Shown: positions 38,541 through 48,865 of the stretch, one piece after another
Layout: each line of letters begins with the position of its first letter
Numbering within the stretch: the first letter of the stretch is position 1
Origin: an uncultured Nitrososphaerota archaeon
GTDB lineage: Archaea > Thermoproteota > Nitrososphaeria > Nitrososphaerales > Gagatemarchaeaceae
Length of the DNA stretch: 64,000 nucleotides
Assembly (NCBI GenBank): GCA_963703285.1
Contig: OY969807.1
Coordinates: 2,188,124-2,252,123, forward strand
Direction: 5' to 3'
Made by a program: the position numbers and the translations under genes
Notes under the pieces: generated by a model
Told to the model about the DNA's origin: nothing
The model's input: only the letters and a program-made list of their open reading frames with translations
The model's database searches: none

Positions 38541-39716
38541 GTGGCTGCTTTGAGGCAGGTCGCCATCGTAGGGTTAGGGCACTCGAAGTTCGGCAGGAGG
38601 ACCGATGTGAACCTCGGGGAGCTCGCGTTCGAGTCGATCAAACAGGCCGTGCAGGACGCCGGCATAGAGAAGAAGCAGATAGAGAACGTGACTGTCGGGA
38701 GCGCGGGAGGATGGTACGAGGAGTCCCTCCCGGCGGTGATAGTCAACGAGTACGCAGGTTTCGACAAGGTCGGCACCATGAGGGTCGAGGCCGCGTGCGC
38801 CAGCGGTAGCGCGGCGGTCCGCTCCGCCTACCTAAGCATAGCGAGCGGAGAGTCTGAGGTCGCCTTGGCGGTGGGTCTCGAGAAGATGACCGAGGTCGAC
38901 ACGCTCACCTCCGTCGAGCTCATGGGGAGGGCCGGCTCATACCTCTGGGAGTTCGAGAACTTCGGGATGACCTTCCCGGCATACTATGCCCTCTACGCCG
39001 TCGCCCACATGAAGCGCTTCGGGACCACCGAGGAGGACATGGCTAGGGTCGCCGTCAAGGCCCACCACTACGCGTCGATGAACCCGCTCGCCCAGTTCCA
39101 GAAGGAGGTGTCGCTCGAGAAGGTGCTCGCCTCCCAGGTGGTGTCGTGGCCGCTCAAGCTCTATGACGCCTGCCCGATAACAGACGGTTCGGCCTCCGTC
39201 GTCCTCGCGAGCGAGGACGTGGCCCGGAAGCTCACCGATACGCCGATCTGGATCAGGGGCATGGGCGTCTCCTCGGATTCGGCGAACCTCAGCAAGAGGG
39301 ACGACTACGTCGGGCTCGCCGCGACTGTCGACGCGTCGAAGAAAGCCTACTCCAGAGCCGGGATCGGCCCCGGAGACCTCGACGTCGCGACGTGCCACGA
39401 CTGCTTCACGATTGCAGAGATAATGGCCTACGAGGACCTCGGGTTCTGCGCCAAGGGGGACGGTCCGAAGCTCATCAGGGACGGCGAGACGGAGATCGGG
39501 GGGCGGATACCCGTGAACATGGACGGCGGGCTGAAGGCCAAGGGGCATCCCGTCGGAGCGACCGGGGTCTCGATGATGGTGGAGATATCGAAGCAACTCA
39601 GGGGCGGCGCCGGAAAGCATCAGGTCCCGATCAGGAAGGGGAACGGGCTGGTCCACAACGTGGGGGGAACCGGGCACTACTGCTACGTGACGGTGCTATC
39701 GAGGGACCAGCGATGA
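38541..39716 (+). CDS. Thiolase (SCP2-thiolase type acetyl-CoA acyltransferase)
   Basis: EAACASG, HDCFTIAE, KGHPVGATG, HNVGG. Confidence 0.92.
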   Translation: MAALRQVAIVGLGHSKFGRRTDVNLGELAFESIKQAVQDAGIEKKQIENVTVGSAGGWYEESLPAVIVNEYAGFDKVGTMRVEAACASGSAAVRSAYLSIASGESEVALAVGLEKMTEVDTLTSVELMGRAGSYLWEFENFGMTFPAYYALYAVAHMKRFGTTEEDMARVAVKAHHYASMNPLAQFQKEVSLEKVLASQVVSWPLKLYDACPITDGSASVVLASEDVARKLTDTPIWIRGMGVSSDSANLSKRDDYVGLAATVDASKKAYSRAGIGPGDLDVATCHDCFTIAEIMAYEDLGFCAKGDGPKLIRDGETEIGGRIPVNMDGGLKAKGHPVGATGVSMMVEISKQLRGGAGKHQVPIRKGNGLVHNVGGTGHYCYVTVLSRDQR

Positions 39717-40153
39717 CCGACTCGGAACCGCCGACGCTGCACTCGCGCCGGTCGCTCAACCTCCGCTTCAACGTGCCCATCTCCAGGACGAACCGGTTCT
39801 GGGTCTCCCTGAGCGAGGGCAGGTTCGTCACGACCAAGTGCAGAGACTGCGGAGAGGTCAGCTTTCCTCCCCAGTCCGACTGCCCGAGGTGCATGGGCGG
39901 CAACGTCGACTGGGTGGACCTGGGCACGGATGCCGAGCTGGTCACCTTCACGTACGTGCAGGTGACGCCAACGAGCTTCGTCGACCACGACCCCTACGTC
40001 GTGGGCATAGGCCGGCTGCCCCAGGGGGTGAAGGTCCTCGCGTGGATCGAGGGCGCGCCCCTCGAGAGGCTCAGTCCCGGCATGAAGCTGAGGCTGGAGG
40101 CCAGGAGGACGGGTGACGGCTCTCCGTACTACGTCTTCGTCCCGGCGGTCTAG
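39713..40153 (+). CDS. DUF35 Zn-ribbon/OB-fold thiolase partner
   Basis: CRDCG..FPPQSDCPRC; overlaps the thiolase stop. Confidence 0.88.
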   Translation: MTDSEPPTLHSRRSLNLRFNVPISRTNRFWVSLSEGRFVTTKCRDCGEVSFPPQSDCPRCMGGNVDWVDLGTDAELVTFTYVQVTPTSFVDHDPYVVGIGRLPQGVKVLAWIEGAPLERLSPGMKLRLEARRTGDGSPYYVFVPAV

Positions 40154-40545
40154 AACTCGACCGGGGTGGCTCGGATTACCTCTGCTATCCTCGTGAACCT
40201 GTCCTTGTAGAACAGGATCTTGGTTATCGAACCCCTGAACTTCAGCTGTCCCTTGAGGACCGCCGACTGCAGGTCGACCTCCCCCCGAGCAACCTTCGTC
40301 CAGACATCGTAGGGTCCCTCGAAAGAGAACTCGACCGTCACGCCAGGGTCTGCCCTTGCGATGGTCGTCGCGCCTCCCTCGACCCTGATCAGGAAGAGCG
40401 CGTTCTGGTCGGGCGCACCCAGGAGGATCGTCGTCTTGATGTCCTTGGTGTCGGCCTGCCACTTGGGGTCCGCCGCGAGCCTCTGCTCGACTTCCTTGAA
40501 GAACTCCTCCGTGAAGTACTTTACCATCCTGGCGCCGCCCATCAT
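40150..40545 (-). CDS. SCP2 sterol/lipid-binding domain protein
   Basis: GEVDLQSAVLKGQLKFRG; start 40545 or 40527. Confidence 0.8.
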   Translation of the reverse strand: MMGGARMVKYFTEEFFKEVEQRLAADPKWQADTKDIKTTILLGAPDQNALFLIRVEGGATTIARADPGVTVEFSFEGPYDVWTKVARGEVDLQSAVLKGQLKFRGSITKILFYKDRFTRIAEVIRATPVEF

Positions 40546-40820
40546 CCAGCTAGTCTTTTGAGCTTGCCTATTGAGCCCGAGACCCTCCTCGTCACCAGCT
40601 CGACTCCTCCGGCCTTCATTGCGAGGGACTCCTTCATCTCGGGCAGCCGCAGGTGATCCGTCCTGACTATCAGGCTTCCGTTCACCCAGACGACCCTGTT
40701 CTTGCCAAGGTCTGGGTACCTCTGGAAGATCAGCCTGGTGATCTCCTTCTGGGACTCCGGGTCCACCGGCCGGTCCCCCGAGAGCAGCAGGTACCTCTTC
40801 CTACCGCGGCTGGCGGTCAT
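40542..40820 (-). CDS. RNase P subunit Rpp14/Pop5-like
   Basis: RKRYLL, IVRTDH, VSGSIGKLK. Confidence 0.7.
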   Translation of the reverse strand: MTASRGRKRYLLLSGDRPVDPESQKEITRLIFQRYPDLGKNRVVWVNGSLIVRTDHLRLPEMKESLAMKAGGVELVTRRVSGSIGKLKRLAG

Positions 40821-41257
40821 GGCTGGGCACTCCCGATGATCCTCTCGTAGAAGTCCGCCGGCGGTCCCTTCATCATGAAGCTCCGTGGCTTGACACGCAC
40901 CCTCACCGGGTCGCTCGACGAGAACGATGCGACGCCGGTCACCAGCGTCTGCTTGTTGAGCCTGATGTAGAGAGCGCCGTGTTCGTCGATGCATGCCCCG
41001 AGCTCCCTTTCGAGTTCCCTTCTCCCGTCCCTCCCCAGGAGGGAGATGAGGGCCTGGAAGGACGTCCACGCCTCCTCCCCCGTCACGCGCCACCTGAGGC
41101 TCGCCATCCTGTTCCCGAAGTGCCCCTCGAGGACCTCCTCCTCCGGTTGCTGCTCGATGCGAAGGGCGCGCATGATGGAGTCGCTGAGCTTGGTCTCATC
41201 CTCGGTCGCCTGCACAAAGCAGGAGACCTCCAGGGACTGTATCTCTCGCTGCGCCAC
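40817..41257 (-). CDS. Exosome-associated RNA-binding protein (DUF54/COG1325)
   Basis: ATEDETK, EGHFGN, LYIRLNKQ. Confidence 0.8.
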   Translation of the reverse strand: MAQREIQSLEVSCFVQATEDETKLSDSIMRALRIEQQPEEEVLEGHFGNRMASLRWRVTGEEAWTSFQALISLLGRDGRRELERELGACIDEHGALYIRLNKQTLVTGVASFSSSDPVRVRVKPRSFMMKGPPADFYERIIGSAQP

Positions 41258-41337
41258 CCCGCTCTCGAACTCGCGGCCGGCAGCTCCGTTGATAACTTTA
41301 TCAGCCCTCGGCCTTCGCGGGACCGAAGGAAAGTGTC

Positions 41338-42342
41338 GTGAGGGGCAATCTCTGCGTCTTGGGGATCGAGAGCACCGCCCACACCTTCTCGGCCTCGGTC
41401 GCGACCGAGGGGGAGGGTCTCCTCAGCGACGTGAAGGACGTCTACGTCCCTCCCGAGGGCAGCGGGATCCACCCGACCGAGGCGGCAAAGCATCATGCGG
41501 CCGTCGGAGCGAGGGTCATCGGGGACGCAATCGCCGCCTCCGGGGTGAAGGCGGGGAGGATAGACGCCGTGGCCTACTCCATGGGTCCCGGTCTGGGTCC
41601 CTGCCTCAGGGTGGGCGCGGTCTCGGCGCGGGCCATGGCCCTGGCACTGGGGAAGCCCCTTGTGCCGGTCAACCACGCCGTTGGTCACATCGAGCTCGGC
41701 TGCATGCTCACGGGCGCCAAATCGCCTCTGGTCCTCCTGATATCCGGCGGCCATACCATGGTCCTCTCGTGCTCGTCCGGCATGTGGCGGGTGCTGGGCG
41801 AAACGCTGGATCTCACCCTCGGACAGCTGCTCGACCAGCTCGGAAGGCACTTCGGCTACTCCTCGCCCTGCGGGAGGCGGATAGAGGAGGCAGCCTCTCG
41901 CTCTAGCAGATACGTCAGGCTTCCCTACACGGTCAAGGGGAACGACGTCTCGTTCTCGGGGCTGCTCACGGCAGCGAAGAGGCTCGTCGATGGAGGGGTC
42001 CCGTTCGAGGACGTCTGCTTCTCGGTCCAGGAGAGCGCCTTCGCCACCACAGTCGAGGTGACAGAGAGGGCGCTCGCCTTCACAGGCTGCGAGGAGGTCA
42101 TGGTCGTTGGCGGGGTTGCCGCGAACAGGAGGCTCGCCGAGATGCTCGACATCATGGTTCGAAGGCACTCCGCCCGGCTGAGGGTTGTTCCCCTGCGCTA
42201 CAGCGGCGACTGCGGTGCGCAGATCGCTTGGACGGGGCTGCTCGCCTTTCGATCGGGGACGACCGTGCCCCTCGAGAAGAGCATAATCAGGCAGTCCTGG
42301 CGGCTCGACACCGTCCCCCTCCCCTGGAGGTCTGACCCGTGA
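41338..42342 (+). CDS. kae1: KEOPS tRNA threonylcarbamoyltransferase Kae1
   Basis: GIESTAHT, GPGLGPCL, VNHAVGHIE, SGGHT, GGVAAN. Confidence 0.95.
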   Translation: MRGNLCVLGIESTAHTFSASVATEGEGLLSDVKDVYVPPEGSGIHPTEAAKHHAAVGARVIGDAIAASGVKAGRIDAVAYSMGPGLGPCLRVGAVSARAMALALGKPLVPVNHAVGHIELGCMLTGAKSPLVLLISGGHTMVLSCSSGMWRVLGETLDLTLGQLLDQLGRHFGYSSPCGRRIEEAASRSSRYVRLPYTVKGNDVSFSGLLTAAKRLVDGGVPFEDVCFSVQESAFATTVEVTERALAFTGCEEVMVVGGVAANRRLAEMLDIMVRRHSARLRVVPLRYSGDCGAQIAWTGLLAFRSGTTVPLEKSIIRQSWRLDTVPLPWRSDP

Positions 42343-42965
42343 GGCTCGTCTACAGGGGCGCGGAGGCCGACATCTACTCGGGAGAGTGGACCGGACAGGG
42401 GGCCATCTTCAAGTTCAGAAAGCCGCTCCCCTACAGGCATCCCGAGCTCGACGCGGAGATCCGCGCGCAGCGCACGGTCCGGGAGGCCCAGATGATCGGC
42501 GACGCCAAGCGCGCCGGGGTGCGGGCGCCGTACCTCTTCTATGTCTCCCAAGAGGAGTCCCTGATCGTGATGCAGGAGATACAGGGCCCCAGGCTCAAGT
42601 CGGTTCTGGCGTCGGGGCGTGATGGGGAAGAGGTATCGACCGAGTTCGGCGTCGCTGTGGGGAGGCTCCACCGCGGAGGGATAATGCACGGCGACCTCAC
42701 CACCTCGAACGTGCTCGTGAACCAATCGGGGGTGCACCTGATCGACTTCGGGCTGTCGGTTCATTCGTCGAGCGTGGAGGATCACGCCGTTGACCTGAGG
42801 CTCATCAAGGAGACGCTCGTCGGCGCCCACTCCGAGATAGCCTCCGCGGTCCTGGGTTCCTTCATGCGCGGCTACGCGAGCGAGGTCGGGGTCCCCAGGG
42901 CGAGGACGGTCGGAAAGAAGCTGGTCGAGATCGAGAGGAGGGGGAGGTATGCGAGGGTCGAGTAG
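42339..42965 (+). CDS. bud32: KEOPS kinase Bud32
   Basis: GAEA, HGDLTTSN, IDFGL, IERRGRY. Confidence 0.93.
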   Translation: MRLVYRGAEADIYSGEWTGQGAIFKFRKPLPYRHPELDAEIRAQRTVREAQMIGDAKRAGVRAPYLFYVSQEESLIVMQEIQGPRLKSVLASGRDGEEVSTEFGVAVGRLHRGGIMHGDLTTSNVLVNQSGVHLIDFGLSVHSSSVEDHAVDLRLIKETLVGAHSEIASAVLGSFMRGYASEVGVPRARTVGKKLVEIERRGRYARVE

Positions 42966-43527
42966 GTCGGTCACGTTCGCGACCTCCAACGCGGGCAAGG
43001 TCCGCGAGGCGCGCGCCGTCCTCTCTCCCCTCGGTATCGAGGTGGTTGCCTTCGACGGCAAGGGCGAGGAGATACAGTCGGATACGGTCTCCGAGGTCGC
43101 GGCCTACTCCGCGCGTGCGGCCTCACGGAGGTACGGCCGCCCGCTCTTTGTGGAGGACGCGGGCCTCTTCGTCGAGGCCCTCGGAGGCTTCCCCGGACCG
43201 TCGTCCTCCTACGTCTTCCGGACGATCGGCATCCGGGGGCTGCTCTCGCTCCTCGAGGACCGCAGTTCGAGGCGCGCGTGCTTCAGGAGCGCGGTCGCAT
43301 ACTGCGACCCAGCGAGAGAGCCCCGGGTCTTCGAGGGGATGGTCAGGGGCGGGATCCTGAGGTCCCCCGTCGGAGCCAACGGCTTTGGGTTCGACCCCGT
43401 CTTCGTCCCCTCCCGCGCCCGAAGGTCCTTCGGAGAGCTCACCCTCGAGGAGAAGTGCGCAGTCTCACACAGGGGGGAGTCGCTCAGGAGGTTCGCCGCG
43501 TGGTACTCGGCCCGCCGGCCTGGGTAA
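42949..43527 (+). CDS. rdgB: Non-canonical purine NTP pyrophosphatase (RdgB/HAM1)
   Basis: ATSNAGK, EDAGL, GFGFDP, SHRG. Confidence 0.93.
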   Translation: MRGSSRSVTFATSNAGKVREARAVLSPLGIEVVAFDGKGEEIQSDTVSEVAAYSARAASRRYGRPLFVEDAGLFVEALGGFPGPSSSYVFRTIGIRGLLSLLEDRSSRRACFRSAVAYCDPAREPRVFEGMVRGGILRSPVGANGFGFDPVFVPSRARRSFGELTLEEKCAVSHRGESLRRFAAWYSARRPG

Positions 43528-43570
43528 CGGTTTTAAACAGGCCGCGCTCGGAGTCGCTTCGGTTTTAGAA

Positions 43571-44020
43571 TTGGCGAGGATACATTCCCATCGGCATGGG
43601 AAGAGCCACCAGACCAGGCCGACGAGCAAGAGGCCCCCGAGCTGGCTCACCTACAGCCCCGATGAGGTAAGCTCCATGACGATAAAGATGGGCAAGGAGG
43701 GGCTTACGCCCAGTCAGATAGGTGTGAGGCTGAGGGACGAATACGGCATTCCCCTCGTGAAGCCGATAATCGGCAAGTCGATCTCTACGCTTCTGAGGGA
43801 GAACAAGCTCGCGCCCGCGATCCCCGAGGACCTCCAGAACCTCCTCGAGAGGGCCAAGCGCGTCCAGCTACACCTCTCCACCTTCAAGTCGGACAGGAGG
43901 AACGTCCGCTCGCTGGAGCTGATAGAGGCCAAGATCTACAGACTCTCGAAGCACTACAAGAAGGTGGGGCTCCTGCCGAGCGACTTCAAGTACGCGGCCG
44001 TTGTAGCTCAGCTGACATAG
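43571..44020 (+). CDS. rps15: 30S ribosomal protein S15 (S13e)
   Basis: MARIHSHRHGKSH, PSQIGVRLRD, IPEDL. Confidence 0.95.
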   Translation: MARIHSHRHGKSHQTRPTSKRPPSWLTYSPDEVSSMTIKMGKEGLTPSQIGVRLRDEYGIPLVKPIIGKSISTLLRENKLAPAIPEDLQNLLERAKRVQLHLSTFKSDRRNVRSLELIEAKIYRLSKHYKKVGLLPSDFKYAAVVAQLT

Positions 44021-44039
44021 GCCAGGTCCGGCATCGGGC

Positions 44040-45446
44040 ATGCCCGACCTTGAAGCTCTTAGGGAAAGGATGTCGGAGGCGTCTCGGCTCCTCATCGGTC
44101 TGTCCAAGCAGAGAAAGCGGATAGTCGTCGTGACCCACATCGACGCCGACGGCCTTTCGGCCGGGGCAGTCGCCTTCGACGCACTCGCGAGGACGGGCGC
44201 TATCGCCTCGGTCAGGGCTATCCCCGACCTCGACCCCCGGGCGATTGGCGAACTCAAGGACGCAGGGTTCGACTTCTACCTCTTCACGGACCTGGGGTCC
44301 GGGCTGGTCGACCAGCTGTCGCAAGCGCTTGGCGACGACTTCCTGATCGTCGATCACCACCAGATGCCACCCGAATACTACCGTCACCCCAACGTCGTGA
44401 ACGCATGGGCCTACGGGTACGACGGCGGGACCGAAGCTAGCTCCTCGACGATGGCGTACATGCTCGCGCTCTCCATCGACGAGAAGAACACGGACCTCTC
44501 GACCAACGCGGTCATCGGCGCGGTGGGGGACAGGCAGGACAGGGGGCCTGGGCGCTCTCTCACGGGTCTCAACAGGAAGGCCCTGGAGGACGGCGTGAAG
44601 GACGGTCTGATAGGCGTCTCCAAGGACTTCCTCTTCCACGGACGGGAGACGAGGCCTATCCACGAGGCGATCGCCCTCACCTACACACCATACCTCAACG
44701 GTCTCTCCGGCGCCAAGGACGCGTGCCTCGCGGTCCTCTCCAACTCGGGGTTCGCCCTCAAGGAGCACGGGCGCTGGCGCAACCTCTCCGAGCTCTCCGC
44801 CGAGGAGAAGCAGAAGCTGCTGGAGGTCCTGACGAGCTTCGTTGGGTCCGGCGCCGGCGGTTCGGCCGTCATCTCCGAGATAATAGGCGAGATCTACCTC
44901 CTTCGGGAAGAGGACCCCCTGACACCCCTGCGCGACGCGCGCGAGTTCGCCACCCTGATGAACGCGTGCGGCAGGATGGACGCCACAGGCGTCGGGATTG
45001 CCATCGGGCTTGGCGACAGGGACGGGGCCCTCTCCGAAGCGCTGAGGCTTGTCGTCGAATACCGCGTGAAGATCAACAAGGCCCTCCAGATGCTGCAGAC
45101 GTCGAACGAGATGGTCTCCACGCACGGCCACGTCGCCGTCGTCAGGGGCGACGAGTTCATAGAGGAGCGGATGACCGGCTCGATATCCTCGCTCCTGGCT
45201 TCATCTGAGAAGTACAAGGACAAGATGGTCCTCGCGTGCGCCAGGTCCGGCGAGCTCGAACTCAAGTACTCCTCGAGGCTCGGAGACTCGTTCCCGAAGG
45301 ACGTCAACCTCGGCGTCATAATGAAGGAGGCCGCGGAGCTCGTCGGCGGTGTCGGGGGCGGCCACAGCAGGGCCGCGGGGGCGAAAATCCTGATAACGAG
45401 GAGAGACGAGTTCACGAGCGCCGTCCTGGAGAGGTTCTCGGAGTGA
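44040..45446 (+). CDS. DHH phosphoesterase, RecJ/GAN-like
   Basis: HIDADG, DLGSG, DHH, GDRQD, NACGR, GGGHSRAAG. Confidence 0.92.
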   Translation: MPDLEALRERMSEASRLLIGLSKQRKRIVVVTHIDADGLSAGAVAFDALARTGAIASVRAIPDLDPRAIGELKDAGFDFYLFTDLGSGLVDQLSQALGDDFLIVDHHQMPPEYYRHPNVVNAWAYGYDGGTEASSSTMAYMLALSIDEKNTDLSTNAVIGAVGDRQDRGPGRSLTGLNRKALEDGVKDGLIGVSKDFLFHGRETRPIHEAIALTYTPYLNGLSGAKDACLAVLSNSGFALKEHGRWRNLSELSAEEKQKLLEVLTSFVGSGAGGSAVISEIIGEIYLLREEDPLTPLRDAREFATLMNACGRMDATGVGIAIGLGDRDGALSEALRLVVEYRVKINKALQMLQTSNEMVSTHGHVAVVRGDEFIEERMTGSISSLLASSEKYKDKMVLACARSGELELKYSSRLGDSFPKDVNLGVIMKEAAELVGGVGGGHSRAAGAKILITRRDEFTSAVLERFSE

Positions 45447-45685
45447 CCCTCACCATCGAGATCCTCTTCGAGTGCTACGGGGAGAGGGAGGCCGCCGCGC
45501 TCGAGGCCGCCCTGGGCCCCGACAACCACCCCCTCCCGAGGCAGCAGCGCTTCTCCTCGAACCGCAAGGGGAGGCTCCTAGCCTTCCGGATTCGCTCCGT
45601 CCGACACGCGACCTGCGTCTCCTCGGCCATCAGCCTGCTCTCTGACGCAAGGCTCTTTGGGGAGGTCTGGTCGCTAGCGTCATGA
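45443..45685 (+). CDS. pcc1: KEOPS subunit Pcc1-like
   Basis: ALGPDN motif; typical rps15-DHH-pcc1-serS-rps3ae gene order. Confidence 0.7.
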   Translation: MTLTIEILFECYGEREAAALEAALGPDNHPLPRQQRFSSNRKGRLLAFRIRSVRHATCVSSAISLLSDARLFGEVWSLAS

Positions 45686-45718
45686 TTATCTCCCGGGGCG
45701 AGGCGGGGTGGGCGTAAG

Positions 45719-46993
45719 ATGCTCGACGTGAAACTGCTCCGGGAGTCTCCTGAAGTGATCAGGCACGACCTCCGCAAGAGGGGGTGGGACGACCGTCTTC
45801 CTCTGGTGGACGAAGCCATCGCGCTGGACAGCAGGTGGCGCCAACTGAAGAAGCAGGCCGACGACTCCAGGCACAAGCAGAACCAGCTCACGGCCGAGAT
45901 AGCGGCTCTGAAGCGTACCGGCGGGGATTCCACCGCCAAGCTCGAGGAGGTGAAGGGGATACCGCAGAACATCAAGGAACTCGAGGCGAGCGCTGACACA
46001 GCCCAGAAGCGGGTTACCGAGATCCTCATGGCGCTGCCGAACATCTTGGACGAGTCGGTCCCCATCGGCCCAGATGACAGCGGCAACGTCACGATTCGCA
46101 CCTTCGGTGCCCCGAGGTCGGCCGAGTTCCCGCTCCGCGACCACATAGACGTCATGACCGGCCTCGGGCTCGTCGACATGGAGAGGGCGGCCAAGGTCGC
46201 GGGTGCCCGCTTCTACTTCCTCAAGGGCGACGCACTGCTCCTGGAGCAGTCGATAATGAGGTTCGCCATCGATTTGCTCGTGAAGAGGGGGTTCACCCCG
46301 GTCGGACCTCCCCTGATGCTGAAGAGGGAGGCGTACCAGGGGGTCGTCGACCTCAACGACTTCGGGCCGGTCATCTACAAGGTCGAGGGAGAGGACCTCT
46401 ACCTGATTGCGACCTCGGAGCACCCCCTCGTCTCGATGCACATGGACGAGATTCTCGACGGCCGCACCCTGCCCCTGAAATACTGCGGGTTCAGCCCGAA
46501 CTTCAGGGTCGAGGCGGGCGCACACGGCAAGGACACCAAGGGGATCTTCAGGACGCACCAATTCTACAAGGTCGAGCAGGTGGTCTTCTCGCGCCCCGAG
46601 GAGAGCTGGGCCATCCACGAGCAGCTCATCGCCAACGCCGAGGCCATCTTCCAGAGCCTGGGCCTCCACTATCGCGTCGTGAACGTCTGCACCGGAGACA
46701 TGGGGACCGTGGCGGCGAAGAAGTACGACCTCGAAGCCTGGATGCCGGCGCAGGGCAAGTTCAGGGAGATGGTCTCCTGCAGCAACGTCACGGACTACCA
46801 GGCGAGGAGGCTCATGATCCGCTACAGGGAGAAGCCATCGGCCGACCCACGGCTGGTCCACATCCTGAACTCGACCGCCGTCGCAACGAGGGCGCTCGTG
46901 GCAGTCGTGGAGAACTTCCAGCAGGCCGACGGCTCAATCCTAATCCCGGGACCGCTCGTCCCGTACATGGGCGGGAAGGAAAGGATCGCCTAG
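45719..46993 (+). CDS. serS: Serine--tRNA ligase
   Basis: ATSEHP, FRVEAG, GIFRTHQFYKVEQ, EMVSCSN. Confidence 0.96.
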   Translation: MLDVKLLRESPEVIRHDLRKRGWDDRLPLVDEAIALDSRWRQLKKQADDSRHKQNQLTAEIAALKRTGGDSTAKLEEVKGIPQNIKELEASADTAQKRVTEILMALPNILDESVPIGPDDSGNVTIRTFGAPRSAEFPLRDHIDVMTGLGLVDMERAAKVAGARFYFLKGDALLLEQSIMRFAIDLLVKRGFTPVGPPLMLKREAYQGVVDLNDFGPVIYKVEGEDLYLIATSEHPLVSMHMDEILDGRTLPLKYCGFSPNFRVEAGAHGKDTKGIFRTHQFYKVEQVVFSRPEESWAIHEQLIANAEAIFQSLGLHYRVVNVCTGDMGTVAAKKYDLEAWMPAQGKFREMVSCSNVTDYQARRLMIRYREKPSADPRLVHILNSTAVATRALVAVVENFQQADGSILIPGPLVPYMGGKERIA

Positions 46994-47041
46994 GGGACTG
47001 CTGAGTTTTTAAGCCGGGAAAATCGGGGGGCGTTTCCTAGC

Positions 47042-47680
47042 TTGGTAAAGAAGGGAACGGGCAAGGTAAAGGACAAGTGGAAGGCGAAGCAGTGGGTCAC
47101 CGTGCTCGCTTCCCCTTCGTTCGGCAACGCACCCATCGGGAGGGTCCCCCTCACCGACGTGGCGACCCCGGGAGGGCGCGTCGTCGAGACGACCCTCTAT
47201 GACATACTCAAGCAGGATCCCCAGCACTACAGCTTCAAGCTCTACTTCCAGATCGACAGGGTCGAGGGCGATACGGCCTACACCGTCCTGAAGGGCCACG
47301 AGTACTCCAGGGAGTACCTGAGGTCCCTCATGAGGAGGGGCTCGTCCATGTCCGACTTCATCAAGGACTACACGACCAAGGACGGGTACGTGGTCCGAGT
47401 CTACTGCATCGCGCTCTCACAGGGGAGGATGAACTCCTCGAAGAAGCACGGGATCAGGGCCGTCATGGACAGGATCATAGCGGAGCGGGCGGCCTCGCTG
47501 ACCTACGACCAGTTCGTCCAGGAGACGGTCCTACAGAAGGTGGCGTCCGACGTCTACAACGAGGCGAAGAAGGTGACCAGGCTGAGGCACGTCGGCGTCC
47601 GAAAGACAAAGCTCGTGAGCAGGCCCGCGACCCCGCCTGCCGCCCCAGCGCCCGAAGTCCTAGCCGCGCCTGCTGCTTGA
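47042..47680 (+). CDS. rps3ae: 30S ribosomal protein S3Ae
   Basis: KDKWKAKQW, GRVVETTL, YLRSLMRRGSS. Confidence 0.95.
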   Translation: MVKKGTGKVKDKWKAKQWVTVLASPSFGNAPIGRVPLTDVATPGGRVVETTLYDILKQDPQHYSFKLYFQIDRVEGDTAYTVLKGHEYSREYLRSLMRRGSSMSDFIKDYTTKDGYVVRVYCIALSQGRMNSSKKHGIRAVMDRIIAERAASLTYDQFVQETVLQKVASDVYNEAKKVTRLRHVGVRKTKLVSRPATPPAAPAPEVLAAPAA

Positions 47681-48865
47681 GACTATCTTCAGTATGTCCC
47701 CGTTCTTGAGGACGTAGTCCCCGGAGACCCTCATCCCGCTCCTGGCGTCGATGGCGTAGAGGAACCCCTTTGCGAGGTCGGTGTGGATCTTCCTCGCGAG
47801 GTCCATGGCGGTCGACCCGCCGCTCATCACGTATGCGTCGGGGAGCACGTTTCCGTTCTTGTCGGAGAGCTTCGTCTCGTCCTCGACTGGGTACGCCACG
47901 ACGGCCCGAAGGAGCCCGAAGTACGCCAAATCTATCGCCTGCTGGACCCCGGTGCCGCCGTAGGACTCGAGCACCCTCTCCTTCACGAGCTGGAGCGCCC
48001 TCGCCTGCTGTGGGGTGAGGTCGGGCCTGATGACCTCGAACGAACCGTCTCCGGGGACGTAGCTGATGAGCCCGTGCTCCGAGGCCCTCCTCAGCATGAG
48101 CTCGGCCTCTGCAGCGCAAGGGATCACCGTCTTCCCCGTCTTGCGGAGCTCCTCCATCCTGCCTGCGGCGGCCGGGAGGTCCGCCTTGTTGGCTGCTATC
48201 AGGCTCGGTTTGTTGGTCTCCCTGAGGTGCTTCACCAGGGCCATCAACTCCTCCTCCTTCCATGTCGTCGGCTTGTCTGGTCTGAGCTTGAGGTGGAGGA
48301 GGGCCTGCTCGATGCCCTCCTCATCAAGACCGAGCCCCGAGAGCCTCTGTGCCAGGTGCGCCACGATGCTGGAGCCTGTCTGCTCCGCCAGGCGCGCCGA
48401 CTTCTCCCAGTCCTTGGCTATTATCCCCAGGACCCAGAGGTCCAGTTCGTTCTCCACCATCCCGACGTCCGCGACCGGGTCGTGGCTTCCCGTCTCGACC
48501 TTTCGCCCCTCCTCGTCGGTCCCTCCCGAGGCGTCGACGACGTGGATGAGGGCGTCCGCCTGCCTCAGCTCGTCCAGGAACTGGTTCCCCCTGCCCCTTC
48601 CTAGCGAGGCTCCCGCGACGAGGCCCGCGACGTCGACCAGCTTCACGGGTACGAGCCGGACCCCGTCGTTGCAGACCGAGTTCTTGGGTGCGTCGGTGAC
48701 TCCCATCTCCTTGCAGACGCACTTCGTCCTGAGGTATCCCATGCCGACGTTCGGATTGATCGTGGTAAACGGGTAGTCGGCGATCGGGACGTTCTTGAGG
48801 GTGGCCGCCGAGAAGAAGGTCGACTTGCCCACGTTGGGTTTGCCCACTATTCCGACTAGCAACAC
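47660..48865 (-). CDS. ychF: Obg-family ATPase/GTPase YchF
   Basis: GKPNVGKST, YPFTTINPN, DVAGLV, NKAD, C-terminal TGS domain. Confidence 0.92.
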   Translation of the reverse strand: MLLVGIVGKPNVGKSTFFSAATLKNVPIADYPFTTINPNVGMGYLRTKCVCKEMGVTDAPKNSVCNDGVRLVPVKLVDVAGLVAGASLGRGRGNQFLDELRQADALIHVVDASGGTDEEGRKVETGSHDPVADVGMVENELDLWVLGIIAKDWEKSARLAEQTGSSIVAHLAQRLSGLGLDEEGIEQALLHLKLRPDKPTTWKEEELMALVKHLRETNKPSLIAANKADLPAAAGRMEELRKTGKTVIPCAAEAELMLRRASEHGLISYVPGDGSFEVIRPDLTPQQARALQLVKERVLESYGGTGVQQAIDLAYFGLLRAVVAYPVEDETKLSDKNGNVLPDAYVMSGGSTAMDLARKIHTDLAKGFLYAIDARSGMRVSGDYVLKNGDILKIVSSSRRG

